A DNA stretch of 64,000 bases from Chrysomallon squamiferum (Eukaryota > Animalia > Mollusca). The notes under the pieces were generated by a model that saw only the letters and a list, made by a program, of their open reading frames with translations, did not search any database and had not been told where the DNA came from. Of this stretch, positions 38,067-52,753 are shown piece after piece. The DNA is taken from the NCBI GenBank assembly GCA_012295275.1, contig CM022666.1, positions 11,780,001-11,844,000 of the forward strand. Direction: 5' to 3'. A program made the position numbers and the translations under genes. Each line of letters begins with the position of its first letter. The first letter of the stretch is position 1.

Positions 38067-41000
38067 CTACAGCCTTGTATCATGTAACACATCATCTGAT
38101 GAGTCCTCCTTGACTTCCTTTTCTTTTGTTGGTTTTCCATGTTCATAAGACTGAAGTTCACGATCTGTGTCACCTTCATCCTCATCTTCTATCATCACTT
38201 CAAAAGATACTGGTTTAAATTCATCATCTGGTGAAGCTTCCAATTCTGGAACATCTTTGTCCTCTGGAGTTGATGGAGGAACAAGCAGTTCTGGAGCTAC
38301 CTGGTGATCAGCAGCTGAAGATTCTGCGTCAGGTATAAATATTCCTTGTCTTTGAGCATCACCCAGGTCTATTGTGACAGTTCTGTTTTTAGTAACCGCA
38401 TTTCTCTTTGGAACTTTTGGCTCGGACTGGGATCGTGGACGAATGTGTTTTTCTTGAAGACGACGGTTTCTCAATGCTTTGTCTGTGATGTTGTCTTTGA
38501 GAGTCTGCTGGGGTTCCTCGATGACAAGGGTTCTGTTGTACACATTGTGCAGAAACTGTAAATAATAATAGCAGTAGTAATATAGGTAGTGATGGTAGTA
38601 ATGATGAAGTTGTGATGATAGTAGTAGTAGTGGTAGTGGTCGTGTGATGGTAGTACTAACAGTACTAATAACAATACCAATAATAAAACACACAATATGT
38701 AAATAGTAAGTTAAATATTCTTAAGAGGTTAAATTAATCAATATTAGTTTGAACAAATAAATTAAAATTTAAGTTTGTTAAACAGTGTTTAAGAATTACA
38801 GCAGAAGAAAACACAGTCTGGATGTACTAAGACAAAAAAGCGGTAAGATGATACAAACCATTCTGTTTGCAAATGTTGGAGAGAAAATATTTCTCAGATC
38901 TTTAGCATCCAGGTGGCCAGATGTAGATGTATAACTTTCTGAAAAAAAAAAAATTACAATTTTAAAAATATATATATTATATTACTTAAGAACAAAATAA
39001 TAATTATAAAATTATAAGACAAACTTTGAGAAAAAGAATAATTACTGCAGTTTTTTTTTTTGGTAATATTTGGATGCAAGATTTGATAAATTAGGTGATA
39101 TTTGCGATATCTTGATAGCAATCCTGAACCACTCCTGTTCCTTTGTTTATCATACTGACATTTTTTATAAGAAACCAACCATTAATGGTATTTTCTGCAG
39201 AACTGCGAACGCTCTCATTCGTTGAAGCTTTGGCCATGTCAGGAAGATATATTTCAGTTGCAATTTTAGGTCTGCAAAACAAGTGTAATAAATTATTTAT
39301 GATCCTAATAAAATATATTAAGAGAAACAACTTGAAGAAGAAAAATGACACATGTTGAAGGGAAATCTGTAAAGACTAAAATCCTTTGAATCTGACCAGT
39401 TGAAATTTTATCAAAAACAACCAAGAGGCACAAAATGTATACTGCAAATTTCTAGAATTTTGCCTGGGGAGCTTGGGCTATGTTTGTTTTTTTGTTGTTG
39501 TTTTTTTGTTTTGTTTTTTGTGAGCACAGGGTTAATATGGTTAAAAGCAAATTTCCACAAAATATTCTTCATATTCCTCACAGAATTTTCTTCAGACTGG
39601 AAAAATATTCAGAAAAAACTTTTTGTATTACAAGAATATTTTATTATTATGCTATTTAGTAATGAAACAATTATTTTTAACATGCATTACATTATAAATT
39701 CATAATTTGTCTTCCATTTTAAAAGAATAAACTGAATTAAATTTCCATAAACTTACATGTGAGATTCATGAGGCAAGGTTTTGACACCACTCAAAGTCAG
39801 ATATCGATAATGTTCCCTTCAAATGATAAAAACATTAAAATAGTACAAGAGAATACAGTAAATAAATAATCAACTACTGATTAGTAACTCAGTTATTACT
39901 GAAAATATTTAAAATTAGAAGTTTATATTACAATTCACTGTAAGTATTTTAATCAAAAATGTCATTTATTTGTCTTATGGATATTTATGTATTTTAACCG
40001 GAGTGGAAGAAGTCTCTTTTATTTGTAACTTTCAAAAATATAACATAAGAGAACAACAGAAACGGATATACTTCAGATGAGAAAAAGACAAATTTGAAAG
40101 AAACAAAGATAAAACTTACTTGAGAACTACCTGGTCATAAAAAGACTTTATAGCTGTGTCTCGTTTATTGGGATGTTTTTGTAACCAACAAAGCAAATAT
40201 TTTTCTTCAAACTGTTCCAGAAATTCCTGAATAATGAATACATGTAATTTAAATTATTATGTTGAAAATACATTGATAATCATTCATATTTCTACCAAAG
40301 ACCAACCACACACACAGTTACAAACAAATCATTCATTCTCTTACTTGTAAATTCTTTCATTTAAATATAAAAAAGATAATTTAAAATGATGATGGTTCCA
40401 TTTTTTTTTTTTTTTTTTTTAATAACACTTAATAAATACTTAAAATATTAATTACACAAATAAAAGTAAAGAATAAAATTGTACTAATAAACTTTTAAAT
40501 CTGACTTTCTGGTAATGTTATTTTTCTGGAACCTATGGACTTTTTAAACAAAAAAGCTTTGGTGTTTGTTTTCGAAGTTGTGTACCTTGAAGTGATATTT
40601 GCCACGGAAGCCAATAATATCCTCAATGCCAGCCATTAGGTGATGAATTACCTGTAATATCAACAGACCACTGTTTACACACAGATCTCCGCTCAGTTTG
40701 ACTTAGTTACATACATCACAGTGAAATAAGATATGACTGTTAACAATTTACAGAAACATCTGTAGTTGGTACCAAACCAAACAAACAAAACAATGTGTTT
40801 ACCGACATTAGCTACATCTGCATTTCAGTTTTTCTTAACAGAAAATCTGTGTTGTTCTGACTTCACAGTTAAAGATGGATTCATCAGACATACACAGTAA
40901 ATACTGGATGCATATTTAGGACTGGATGTTCATACATATGAAAATAAACATCATTTCTTTTTAATGATGGAGGAATGACAAAAAAAAAGTTTAATAATAA

Positions 41001-44000
41001 TGCTTGCTAATTAGATTCCTTTTAATTTAATTGGAAAATTCTCCACTCGTGAAAATAAAGAAATACAAACATGTGAATTGAGTTCATTGGACATGCTGAG
41101 GTTTTTCTCTGGTGCCAGCTGAACTTGAAAACAGCTGACAAGTGGCTTTATAGTCACTCCCTGAAATAACAAAATATTTTGAATTAACAGGTTCCTTTAT
41201 CTGGTAAAGAAGATAAAATGTGTGAAAAAAGCCTGTAATATATGAATTCATATCAACATAATACCATATAAATATTTTAAAATGGGATAATGCCTAGATT
41301 TACTTTTAACGAAATGACAAATGCTGACTGGTTTACGTAATTACCTGAATCAGAACTGTGAACATGATAACAAACAGTGTTGTTGTAACAAACATGTTTT
41401 TCATGGGAATTTCATCTTTTTGTAGCAGGGCAACAAGTGAGAAACAAACTGCTCCCCTCAGACCCCCATATGCCTGTAAAACAAAAACTGCAGTTAAGTG
41501 AAATACGTTAAATAAAGAAACACACGGTGATAACAGATCTGTACAATATACGAGTAAGGCATCAGTTAGAATACCTCTGTGACAGTACACAATACACTCC
41601 TGCCTGGTTTATTTCACTGAAGACATGATTACTAACAAAGATGAAGAAGCAAAGCTCTCATCACTGACAATTCATGTTAAAATTGTATTTTTTATTATAT
41701 TAATAAACTGTATTTTAAAACTGTACTAAAATGTACAAAAAACAGTTTAGATATAATCTGCTTACTCCAAAGTTATGTTTTATATGTTTTTGCTGCCCTT
41801 TCTTAATTGATAATAAAAGAGAAGAGTTAAAAACAGTGTTACACCATTATCTCTAGGTTGAACAGGTTCTCTGCTTTCTGTTAGTGTTGTCAGAAAAAAT
41901 GCAGTACTACCACATAGATAGCACATTGCAATTTAGATGTTAAGAAACATTATTTTATTACCATAATTTGTTCTTAGTTGTGATAGATTGCTCAAAATAA
42001 ATAAAATAATAAATTGTAGGAATAAAGAATTATTTCAGACCATTCATTCATGTCTCCACAAGTACATATTATAATAATTGAATATTTCTGTTTTCATTTA
42101 TTTATTTATTTATAATATCTTTTTTTTTCAATACTTGGTTATTAATTAAATAGCTGAATACTGCACAAATGCAGGCTTATAGCTCAGATGTAGATTTATG
42201 GTCAAATATTGTGTGAATTCCTGGGAAGGTATATATGAAATATACTTTACTGCTAAGTGATAATACTAATGAGTATGTGGATATTTACAATCATGAACTG
42301 CTCATCAAGACCAATCTTCCTCACTCTGTATCTGTCATACCGGTTGATAAAAAATGTCATCCCAAACACAACTGTAAACATAAAATATTGAATACTCTAA
42401 ACAGTCATAATACTGAAAAGTTCAAATTGAGATAAGACTGAAAACTGTCAGAATTTAGATACCACTAAATGTTTAAGTAAAATATATATAATTATATATA
42501 TTTTAAATATCTTACTGCATCATATATTTTATTTTCTGAGTGTTTTGATATACTGTGATTAAAATATCCAATAAAGAACAAAAATACACCCTGCAATTTT
42601 AAAATGAAACATTACGATTACTAATATACAACTAATAAAGAATAAACTTACTAATATATGTTTAGTAAGAACTGACTTACTAATATATATCACAATATAC
42701 ATTTACTAATGTATCTTTAATAGTATACATTTATTAAAAACATACTTATTAATATATATTTAGTGAAGAACAGACTTACTGATATATATTTAGTGAAGTA
42801 CAGACTTACTGATTTACATCTAGTGAAGAACAGACTTACTGATTTACATCTAGTGAACAAACTTACTGATTTACATCTAGTGAAGAACAGACTTACTGAT
42901 GTACATGTAGTGAAGAACAGACTTACTGATATACATCTAGTGAAGAACAGACTTACTGATGTACATCTAGTGAAGAACAGACTTACTGATTTACATCTAG
43001 TGAAGAACAGACTTACTGATTTACATCTAGTGAAGAAGACTTACTGATATAGATTTAGTGAAGAAAAGACTTACTGATATACATTTATTGAAGAATAGAC
43101 TTACTGAAGTATATTTAGTGAAGAACAGAATTACTGAGGTATATTTAGTGAAGAACAGACTTACTGATGTAGATATAGTGAAGAACAGACTTACTGATGT
43201 AGATATAGTGAAGAACAGACTTACTGATGTACATCTAGAGAAGAATAGACTTGCTGATGTAGATTTAGTGAAGAAAAGACTTACTGATGTAGATTTAGTG
43301 AAGAAGAGACTTACTGAAGTACATTTAGTGAAGAACAGACTTACTGATTTACATTTAGTGAAGAACATAATTACTGATGTACATTTAGTGAAGAACAGAC
43401 TTACTGATGTAGATATAGTGAAGAACATAATTACTGATGTACATTTAGTGAAGAACAGACTTACTGATGTATATTTAGTGAAGAACATAATTACTGATGT
43501 ACATTTAGTGAAGAACAGACTTACTGATGTATATTTAGTGAAGAACATAATTACTGATGTACATTTAGTGAAGAACAGACTTACTGATGTAGATATAGTG
43601 AAGAACAGACTTACTGGTGTACATCCAGAGAAGAATACACTTGCTGATGTAGATTTAGTGAAGAACAGACTTACTGATGTAGATTTAGTGAAAAGACTTA
43701 CTGATGTAGATTTAGTGAAGAAAAGACTTACTGGTGTAGATTTAGTGAAGAATAGACTTACTGATGTAGATTTAGTGAAGAACAGACTTACTGATGTAGA
43801 TTTAGTGAAGAATAGACTTACTGATGTACATCTAGTGAAGAATACTTACTGATGTAGATTTAGTGAAGAACAGACTTACTGATGTAGATATAGTGAAGAA
43901 CAGACTTACTGATGTAGATATAGTGAAGAACAGACTTACTGATGTACATCTAGAGAAGAATAGACTTGCTGATGTAGATTTAGTGAAGAAAAGACTTACT

Positions 44001-46268
44001 GATGTAGATTTAGTGAAGAAGAGACTTACTGAAGTACATTTAGTGAAGAACAGACTTACTGATTTACATTTAGTGAAGAACATAATTACTGATGTACATT
44101 TAGTGAAGAACAGACTTACTGATGTATATTTAGTGAAGAACATAATTACTGATGTACATTTAGTGAAGAACATACTTACTGATGTAGATATAGTGAAGAA
44201 CAGACTTACTGGTGTAGATTTAGTGAAAAGACTTACTGGTGTAGATTTAGTGAAGAAAAGACTTACTGGTGTAGATTTAGTGAAGAATAGACTTACTGAT
44301 GTAGATTTAGTGAAGAAAAGACTTACTGGTGTAGATTTAGTGAAGAATAGACTTACTGATGTAGATTTAGTGAAAAGACTTACTGATGTAGATTTAGTGA
44401 AGAACAGACTTACTGATGTAGATTTAGTGAAAAGACTTACTGATGTAGATTTAGTGAAGAACAGACTTACTGATGTAGATTTAGTGAAGAAAAGACTTAC
44501 TGGTGTAGATTTAGTGAAGAATAGACTTACTGATGTAGATTTAGTGAAGAACAGACTTACTGATGTAGATTTAGTGAAGAATAGACTTACTGATGTACAT
44601 CTAGTGAAGAATAGACTTACTGATGTAGATTTAGTGAAGAACAGACTTACTGATGTAGATTTAGTGAAGAACAGAATTACTGAGGTAGATATAGTGAAGA
44701 ACAGAATTACTGAGGTAGATATAGTGAAGAACAGACTTACTGATGTAGATGTAGTGAAGAACAGACTTACTGATGTAGATTTAGTGAAGAACAGACTTAC
44801 TGATGTAGATTTAGTGAAGAACAGACTTACTGATGTAGATTTAGTGAAGAACAGACTTACTGATGTAGATTTAGTGAAGAATAGACTTACTGAAGTATAT
44901 TTAGTGAAGAACAGAATTACTGATGTACGTTTATTGAAGAAGAGAATTACTGATGTAGATTTAGTGAAGAAGAGACTTACTGATGTAGATTTAGTGAAGA
45001 ACAGACTTACTGATGCACATTTAGTGAAAAGACTTACTGATGTAGATTTAGTGAAGAATAGACTTACTGATGTAGATTTAGTGAAGAATAGACTTACTGA
45101 TGCACATTTAATGAAGAATAGACTTACTGATGTACATCTAGTGAAGAACAGACTTACTGATGCACATTTAGTGAAGAACAGACTTACTGATGCACATTTA
45201 GTGAAAAAGACTTACTGATGCACATTTAGTGAAAAGACTTAGTGATGTAGATTTATTGAATAGACTTACTGTTGTAGATTTAGTAAAGAAAAGACTTATT
45301 GATGTAGATTTAGTGAAGAAAAGACTTACTGATGTAGATTTAGTGAAGAAAAGACTTACTGATAAATCTGTAGAGAAGACAGAAGACAACAGTCCACAGA
45401 ACAAAGCCTGTGTGCCACACATGATCTTCTCTAACCAGAGCCAGGCCAAGAAACATGAAGATCACAATTTCACACGCTGAGCTGAAAATTAACATTGGAT
45501 TTCTTAATATAGGCTGTGTCCAGAAGAAAACAATTGCATATAATATAAAAATATATATGAGAGAGACATGGGTGTGCCCTTATTTCTGTAGCTCTCCCAT
45601 TATCCCACTGTGTGTATGATAGAACTAACTAGGTGTGCGGTGAGCAAAACAAGTACCTCAATACTTCATAACAAGGGACAGAAAAATTTGTTTTACACTA
45701 CGATCCATGATTATATTATTCAGTAAACTTAATATTTACCATGAATTTACCATCATATTATATGTAATGTTACCAGACTGTTTAATTTTACAACCACAAA
45801 TCGACATCAATACAAAACAACCTCTCATCAAAAAATATCAGTCACATGGAATCTTGAAATATGTTAAGTTGGTTTATTTGTTCTTATTATCTTTATCTAA
45901 TAAAACAAAAAATGTTATGGACTTTAATTTTACACAATTATATTGCACAGAGTGCTGTGATGTCAGTAATTTGAAAGTCTTCTGCTAGTAACATTAAGAA
46001 ACTCAGTGTTGGCTAACTCACCTCATGGCTTTTGTGAAGTATTTCACTGTGGTGCGCGAGTGGTCACTGATGTTGTGGAAGGCGTAGTGAGCCTGAGTTA
46101 ACCCACAGCCCATCAGACTGAAATTTAAACACAACAAGTCATTACAACTCACTGATTAGTTATCTAGACAATATAAATCATAAATATTCTTTATTATGCA
46201 CAACCATAAGAATTTCATATAATATTTATGTTTGTATTACACCCCCCACACAATATATATATATATAT

Positions 46269-46321
<53 letters not shown>

Positions 46322-49300
46322 CAGAGAGAGAGAAAGAGAGAGTTATGACTAATTTTTGATTTCTCAGAGTTAAATGTATGCTCACTGCAGTCAGAATATA
46401 CTGAAGTTAGATGTTGTCAAGTTTTTATGAGATGCTTTGCCTACTTCAGTATAAATATAAAAATGAAATGGTAAATGCAAACCTTATAATTCCAGAAAAT
46501 TCAAACAGTTCAGAAAGGAGAAATCCAAGATAAGCCACGGCATAAATAACAAGAGGCTGGAGAACTGAAACAAACAAACACAGAACATCTAATAGTGAAA
46601 TAAACTCTACTCTTTTGTTTAATATACACACAGCATGTAATAGTGAAATAAACTCTACTCTTTTGTTTAATATACATACAGCATGTAATAGTGAAATAAA
46701 CTCTACTCTTTAGTTTAATATACATACAGCATGTAATAGTGAAATAGACTCTACTCTTTGTTTTTAATAAACACAGCATGTAAACTCTACTCTTTTGTTT
46801 AATATACATACATCTAATAGTGAAATAAACTCTACTCTTTTGTTTAATAAACACACAGCATGTAATAGTGAAATAAACTCTACTCTTTTGTTTAATAAAC
46901 ACACAGCATGTAATAGTGAAATAAACTCTACTCTTTTGTTTAATAAACACAGCATGTAATAGTGAAATAAACTCTACTCTTTTGTTTAATATACATACAT
47001 CTAATAGTGAAATAAACTCTACTCTTTTGTTTAATAAACACACAGCATCTAATAGTGAAATAAACTCTACTCTTTTGTTTAATATACATACATCTAATAG
47101 TGAAATAAACTCTACTCTTTTGTTTAATAAACATACATCTAATAGTGAAATAAACTCTACTCTTTTGTTTAATAAACACACAGCATCTAATAATGAAATA
47201 AACTCTACTCTTTTGTTTAATATACACAGCATGTAATAGTGAAATAAACTCTACTCTTTTGTTTAATAAACACACAGCATCTAATAGTGAAATAAACTCT
47301 ACTCTTTTGTTTAATATACATACATCTAATAGTGAAATAAACTCTACTCTTTTGTTTAATAAACACACAGCATCTAATAGTGAAATAAACTCTACTCTTT
47401 TGTGAAATAAACTCTACTCTTTTGTTTAATATTCACACAGCATGTAATAGTGAAATAGACTCTACTCTTTTGTTTAATATTCACACAGCATCTAATAGTG
47501 AAATAAACTCTACTCTTTTGTTTAATATTCACACAGCATCTAATAGTGAAATAAACTCTACTCTTTTGTTTAATATTCACACAGCATGTAATAGTGAAAT
47601 AAACTCTACTCTTTTGTTTAATATTCACACAGCATCTAATAGTGAAATAAACTCTACTCTTTTGTTTAATAAACACAGCATCTAATAGTGAAATAAACTC
47701 TACTCTTTTGTTTAATAAACGCATCATCATGTTACAGCATCTAATAAATGAACTCTACTCTTTAATTTAATAAACACACAGCATTTATCTAACAGGAAAG
47801 TTTCTCAGTTTATTTCAACCAAACCAGGTATATTTGTTTAATATTCACACATCGAATATGAAATAAACTCTAGTTTTTTGTTTAAGAGGCCAGTCTTTGG
47901 TGGATAAATAACTATACTTTTCACTGCACTTATTACATAATTATCTGTTCCAGATTATGACCCATTACTAATTTAACATGGTCTGTGGGAAGGTGCATGT
48001 ATAATGTTTTTTTATGCTAACTGAAGTAGGTTTCTTCCGTTGAATTATGATTAGACAAAATATTTTTTTAAATGTACAGATTTGTAACTTAACAATTGTT
48101 CACGTAATATTTCTGTATTTGATGAAAGAATTGTTTGTAGAATTTAAATTCTATGAATTCATATCAGTTTTTACCTTTAGCTTTAGTTGTAAATCTTGTG
48201 AGAACTGCTGAACAAATACCAGCCAATATACCTAGGAATAGTCCTCCAAAACAAACCACCAGAAATTTGACTATACCTAGAATAACCTGAAAAATAACAA
48301 AATTAATTACAAAGTGTAGCATAACATTTCATTGAATTTAATTTGTTGAGTTATCTTTGTGTCATTAACTGTAATTCAATCTTTCCTACTAATAATATCC
48401 ATAATCCAAATTTGATTATCCTTTCAACTGTAACCGACAGGGAATAACCTAATTTAACTGACATAGAATAACCGACTATAACTAACATGGAATAACCTTA
48501 TGTAACTAACAGGGAATAACCTACTAAAACTGACAGGGAATAATCTAATGTAACCAACAGGGAATAATCTATCATAACTGACAGGGAATAATCTAGTGTA
48601 ACTGAGAGGGAGTAACTTAGTCTAACTGAAAGGGAATAACCTAGTTTAACTGCCAGGGAATAACCTAGTGTAACTGACAGGGGATAACCTAGCTTAACTG
48701 ACAGGGAATAACTCAGTTTAACTGACAGGGAATAACCTAGTTTAAATGTCAGGGAATAACTCAGTTTAACTGACAGGGAATAACTCAGTTTAACTGACAG
48801 GGAATAACCTAGTTTAACTGACAGGGAATAACCCAGTTTAACTGACAGGGAATAACTCAGTTTAACTGACAGGGAATAACCTAGTTTAACTGACAGGGAA
48901 TAGCCTGGTGTAACAACAGGGAATAACCTAGTTTAACTGACAGGGAATAGCCTGGTGTAACAACAGGGAATAACCTAGTTTAACTGACAGGGAATAGCCT
49001 GGTGTAACAACAGGGAATAACCTAGTTTAACTGACAGGGAATAGCCTGGTGTAACAACAGGGAATAACCTAGTTTAACTGACAGGGAATAGCCTGGTGTA
49101 ACAACAGGGAATAACCTAGTTTAACTGACAGAGAATAGCCTGGTGTAACAACAGGGAATAACCTACTATAACTGACAGGGAATAGCCTGGTGTAACAACA
49201 GGGAATAACCTACTATAATTGACAGACAAAAAGCCCACCTCACATAACAACAAACCAGTTCTTTTTTACTGAACTCATAGAAAATATACCTTATATTTTT

Positions 49301-49612
49301 AATTTAAGAACATCACTAAAATCTAAACATTAAGTTTATAAATAAATTTTTAATCATTAAAACAAAATTGGCATAAACAAAATAAAATGTAACTTTTGGC
49401 TCTAAACAAAAATTTAGATAGCAAAGCAAAAACAGGTTTATTGCTACATATATACATGTGCAAAATAAATAAATAAAAAAAAATAGAAAATAAACAAAAT
49501 TATCTACATCTTCAATGTGCACAGTGTCCATCTTGTTGAAATTCTGCATCACTTTGTACAGAACTACAGTAACACCATCTACAAAAAAAAGCATTAAAAC
49601 TCATGTAGTAAT

Positions 49613-49661
<49 letters not shown>

Positions 49662-52436
49662 CTCATGCACACATACACATGTACACATAAGCATTCACAC
49701 CCACAAACAACACAGAAACACAGTTTGTAAATAAAACATTACAGTGTGTTTGTCAACAGGTATAAGGCTGCACTACAAATCAAACAACAAACAAAGCAGC
49801 ACGCTAGAATAAAATAAAAAAACTGAAATGAATTAAGCCATTTCCATTTATTATTTTTGTCAAAAAACAGTAAATTGAGAAAATAAATTTTAAAGTTATT
49901 TTTATCCAGTCAAGAGAAGTTTACCATTGAGTAGTGACTCTCCAAATAAAACAAAATAGAGAACATGATTGACTCCAACTTCAGAGAAAACAGCCAGAAC
50001 CTGCAACACAATGTATTTCATCTCAGTAGAAATTAATCTTTCTTTCAGTTATTTACGTGATAATGTTTATTAAATAACGTACTAATTACTACACAGCAGA
50101 TCTGTTTGTTGAGCTGTATTATTGTGCAGCCTGTTCAGTCCTACCAAGAAGTTTTATACAACAACCTATCTTTGTTACGACTCTAGTGCTTGTATCTTAC
50201 AGTTCAGTGAGAAATTCATGTCTTTTGTCACTCAGTGAGAAATTCATGTATTTTGTCATTCAGTGAGAAATTCATGTATCTTTTCATTCAATGAGAAATT
50301 CATGTGTTTTGCCACTTAGTGAGTAATTCATACATCTTCTCATTTAGTGAGTATTTCATTTGACTTGTCAATCAGTGAGAAATTCACACATCATCATTCA
50401 ATAAAAAAAAGTCACTAAATTTACATAATATCAGAAGCTTTGAAAACTAATACAGAAGTTACTTACAGCTACTGGATCAACAGCCACTATTAGAGATGAG
50501 AAGACAAAAATCTGGACAAGAGACATAGGCATAGGAAGTTCTCCCATAGCACCAGATATAATCAAACCATACAGTGTCAGACCTAGTGAACAGAATAAAC
50601 AAATTTGTACACTCTTATTATTAGAAAACCTTTGTACAGGATTATAATGTTTATATTTTTGTATGGTATTCACAGTAAATATGATGAGAAGAATTTACAT
50701 ATGATTAAATTATATATTTTAGATTAATGATTGCAAGGTCTGATGTAACAAGATGTGACCAACACACACACATATATATATATATATGTGTGTGTGTATA
50801 TATGTATATATATATATATATATTGTCTTGACAGTAAACTACTACTGATTAGTAGAAAATAGGTATCAATAAAACTGAAATAAAACTGCTGTATTTATAA
50901 CTGAAACATCTCTATTATATAAAAATAAAAATGTTAAGAAACAATCAATAAATAAATACACACCCAGAAAAAAACAAGCCAGAACAGTTCCCTACAAAAA
51001 AACAAGAAGAACATTTATTATTTTTTCTGAAAAAAACAACAGAACTGTCTACCCAGTATGAGGATTTTATCTGTATTACAGGATGGGAGAAGAAATCATT
51101 TTGAAATATATATATATATACACTGTGATTTTGTATATACACAGTCTTATTGTAAAAATATAATAATTAAAAAAAAAATTATATTCAAAATTATAACTAC
51201 TCAAACACTATAACAACACTTTTATTGAATTTCATCCCTAATATTTACTGTAAATAAGGACTGTCAGTATTAAGTTAGAACATGATTTTGAAATAGTTAT
51301 CTCCTCCCTTTATTTAAACTTTCTAAGCACTGAGTCAGAATCACGCTCAAAGAGGTCACATGACAGAATATCTCAGCTTCACTGAGTTAGCAAAGACACT
51401 TAACATATTTTATGTTCTTAAATGATACTTTACTTGATGTTCAAATATTGATTAAACCCTTGAAAATTAATAACCTTTTATGAACATATTTGTGTAAACA
51501 ATAATTTAATAAAAATGAAGTAAAAACAAACATACAAGAACTGCAAAGAGCAAAACAGTTCCCAAGTTGTCAGCAAATGTTGGATCATGAAGACTGTAAG
51601 CAGCTTCCAAGACAATCCTCAATAATTAAAAAAGAATACTGTTATTACTATGGTTTCCACTTTGAAAAATTACTTTTAAGTTAAATGAGAGTATGTTTCC
51701 AAAGTAACAAGCATGGAAATAATAACTTGTTCCCATTATTAAAACAATTTTGCTTATCTTCCTATCATAAACAATAAATATTATCAGACTGAGTTCACAA
51801 AGAATTTTAATTGTCAGCTCATCACTCTGGTAAAAACACTAAGTACAATGTATGTTGTATTAGTATCAGAACCAGAATAGTTTCTGCTAATTATCTATTA
51901 CAAGCTGTTAGTATACTTGTTCACTGAACTTACGGTGGTAAGAGAAAGAGGAAGAAAGCATGAGGTGCAAAAAACAATGGCAGATGTTCAGCAGCTCCTG
52001 AAAAACTAAACAAAAAATCTTCATCAAATAAATCCAATACAGAAACTATTTTTATTTCATACATAATAATTTCTTTAAGCATCTTCAGATATCTAACTGG
52101 GTTTTTATTATTATTATTATTTTTTTGTTTGTTTGTTTGTTTGTTTTTGATTGAAAAGGCCCATGAAATAACATAATTTTATTGATGACTGTGGAACCTA
52201 CATTTACAGATCACAAGGTGAACTTCAGTACATAAATAGTGCATGGATGTGAAAGTTATTTCTTTTGCTCCATTAGAGCTTGTAATTATTTGGCTAATCT
52301 TGAATTTGAAAAATGTTGACAATAAATACACTTCTTTACAACACTTACTGTATTATTGCTCCAAATATTGTTCCCAAAACTATCAGCATACTGAAAAATA
52401 ATAAAATACTCTTTCATAAACATTCACAGTATTACC

Positions 52437-52531
<95 letters not shown>

Positions 52532-52718
52532 TATAGACACACAAACTTCACAAATATCAACACACACACACATACCCACACAATCATCAACATGCATGCA
52601 AACACACACAAAATGCACAAACAGACAAACACATAAACACACAAACTCGGACACATACAAGCATATTAACATACAAACTATATATATATATATATATGTA
52701 CAATCATGTTAACATACA

Positions 52719-52753
<35 letters not shown>

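Noticed and set aside
42640-45360. Recursive splice sites in the 30-bp array
   Set aside because: The units read CAGTAAGT, where AG and GT share one G; a recursive site needs AG followed by a separate GT.
42763-45480. Long ORFs of 264-451 aa with KNRLTDVDLV repeats (LRR-like appearance)
   Set aside because: They are by-products of a stop-free 30-bp satellite inside an NHE intron, antisense to the gene, broken by frameshifts and without unique flanking coding sequence.
42640-49225. CRISPR-like arrays
   Set aside because: The units are head-to-tail with no unique spacers, there are no cas genes, and the context is a eukaryotic intron.
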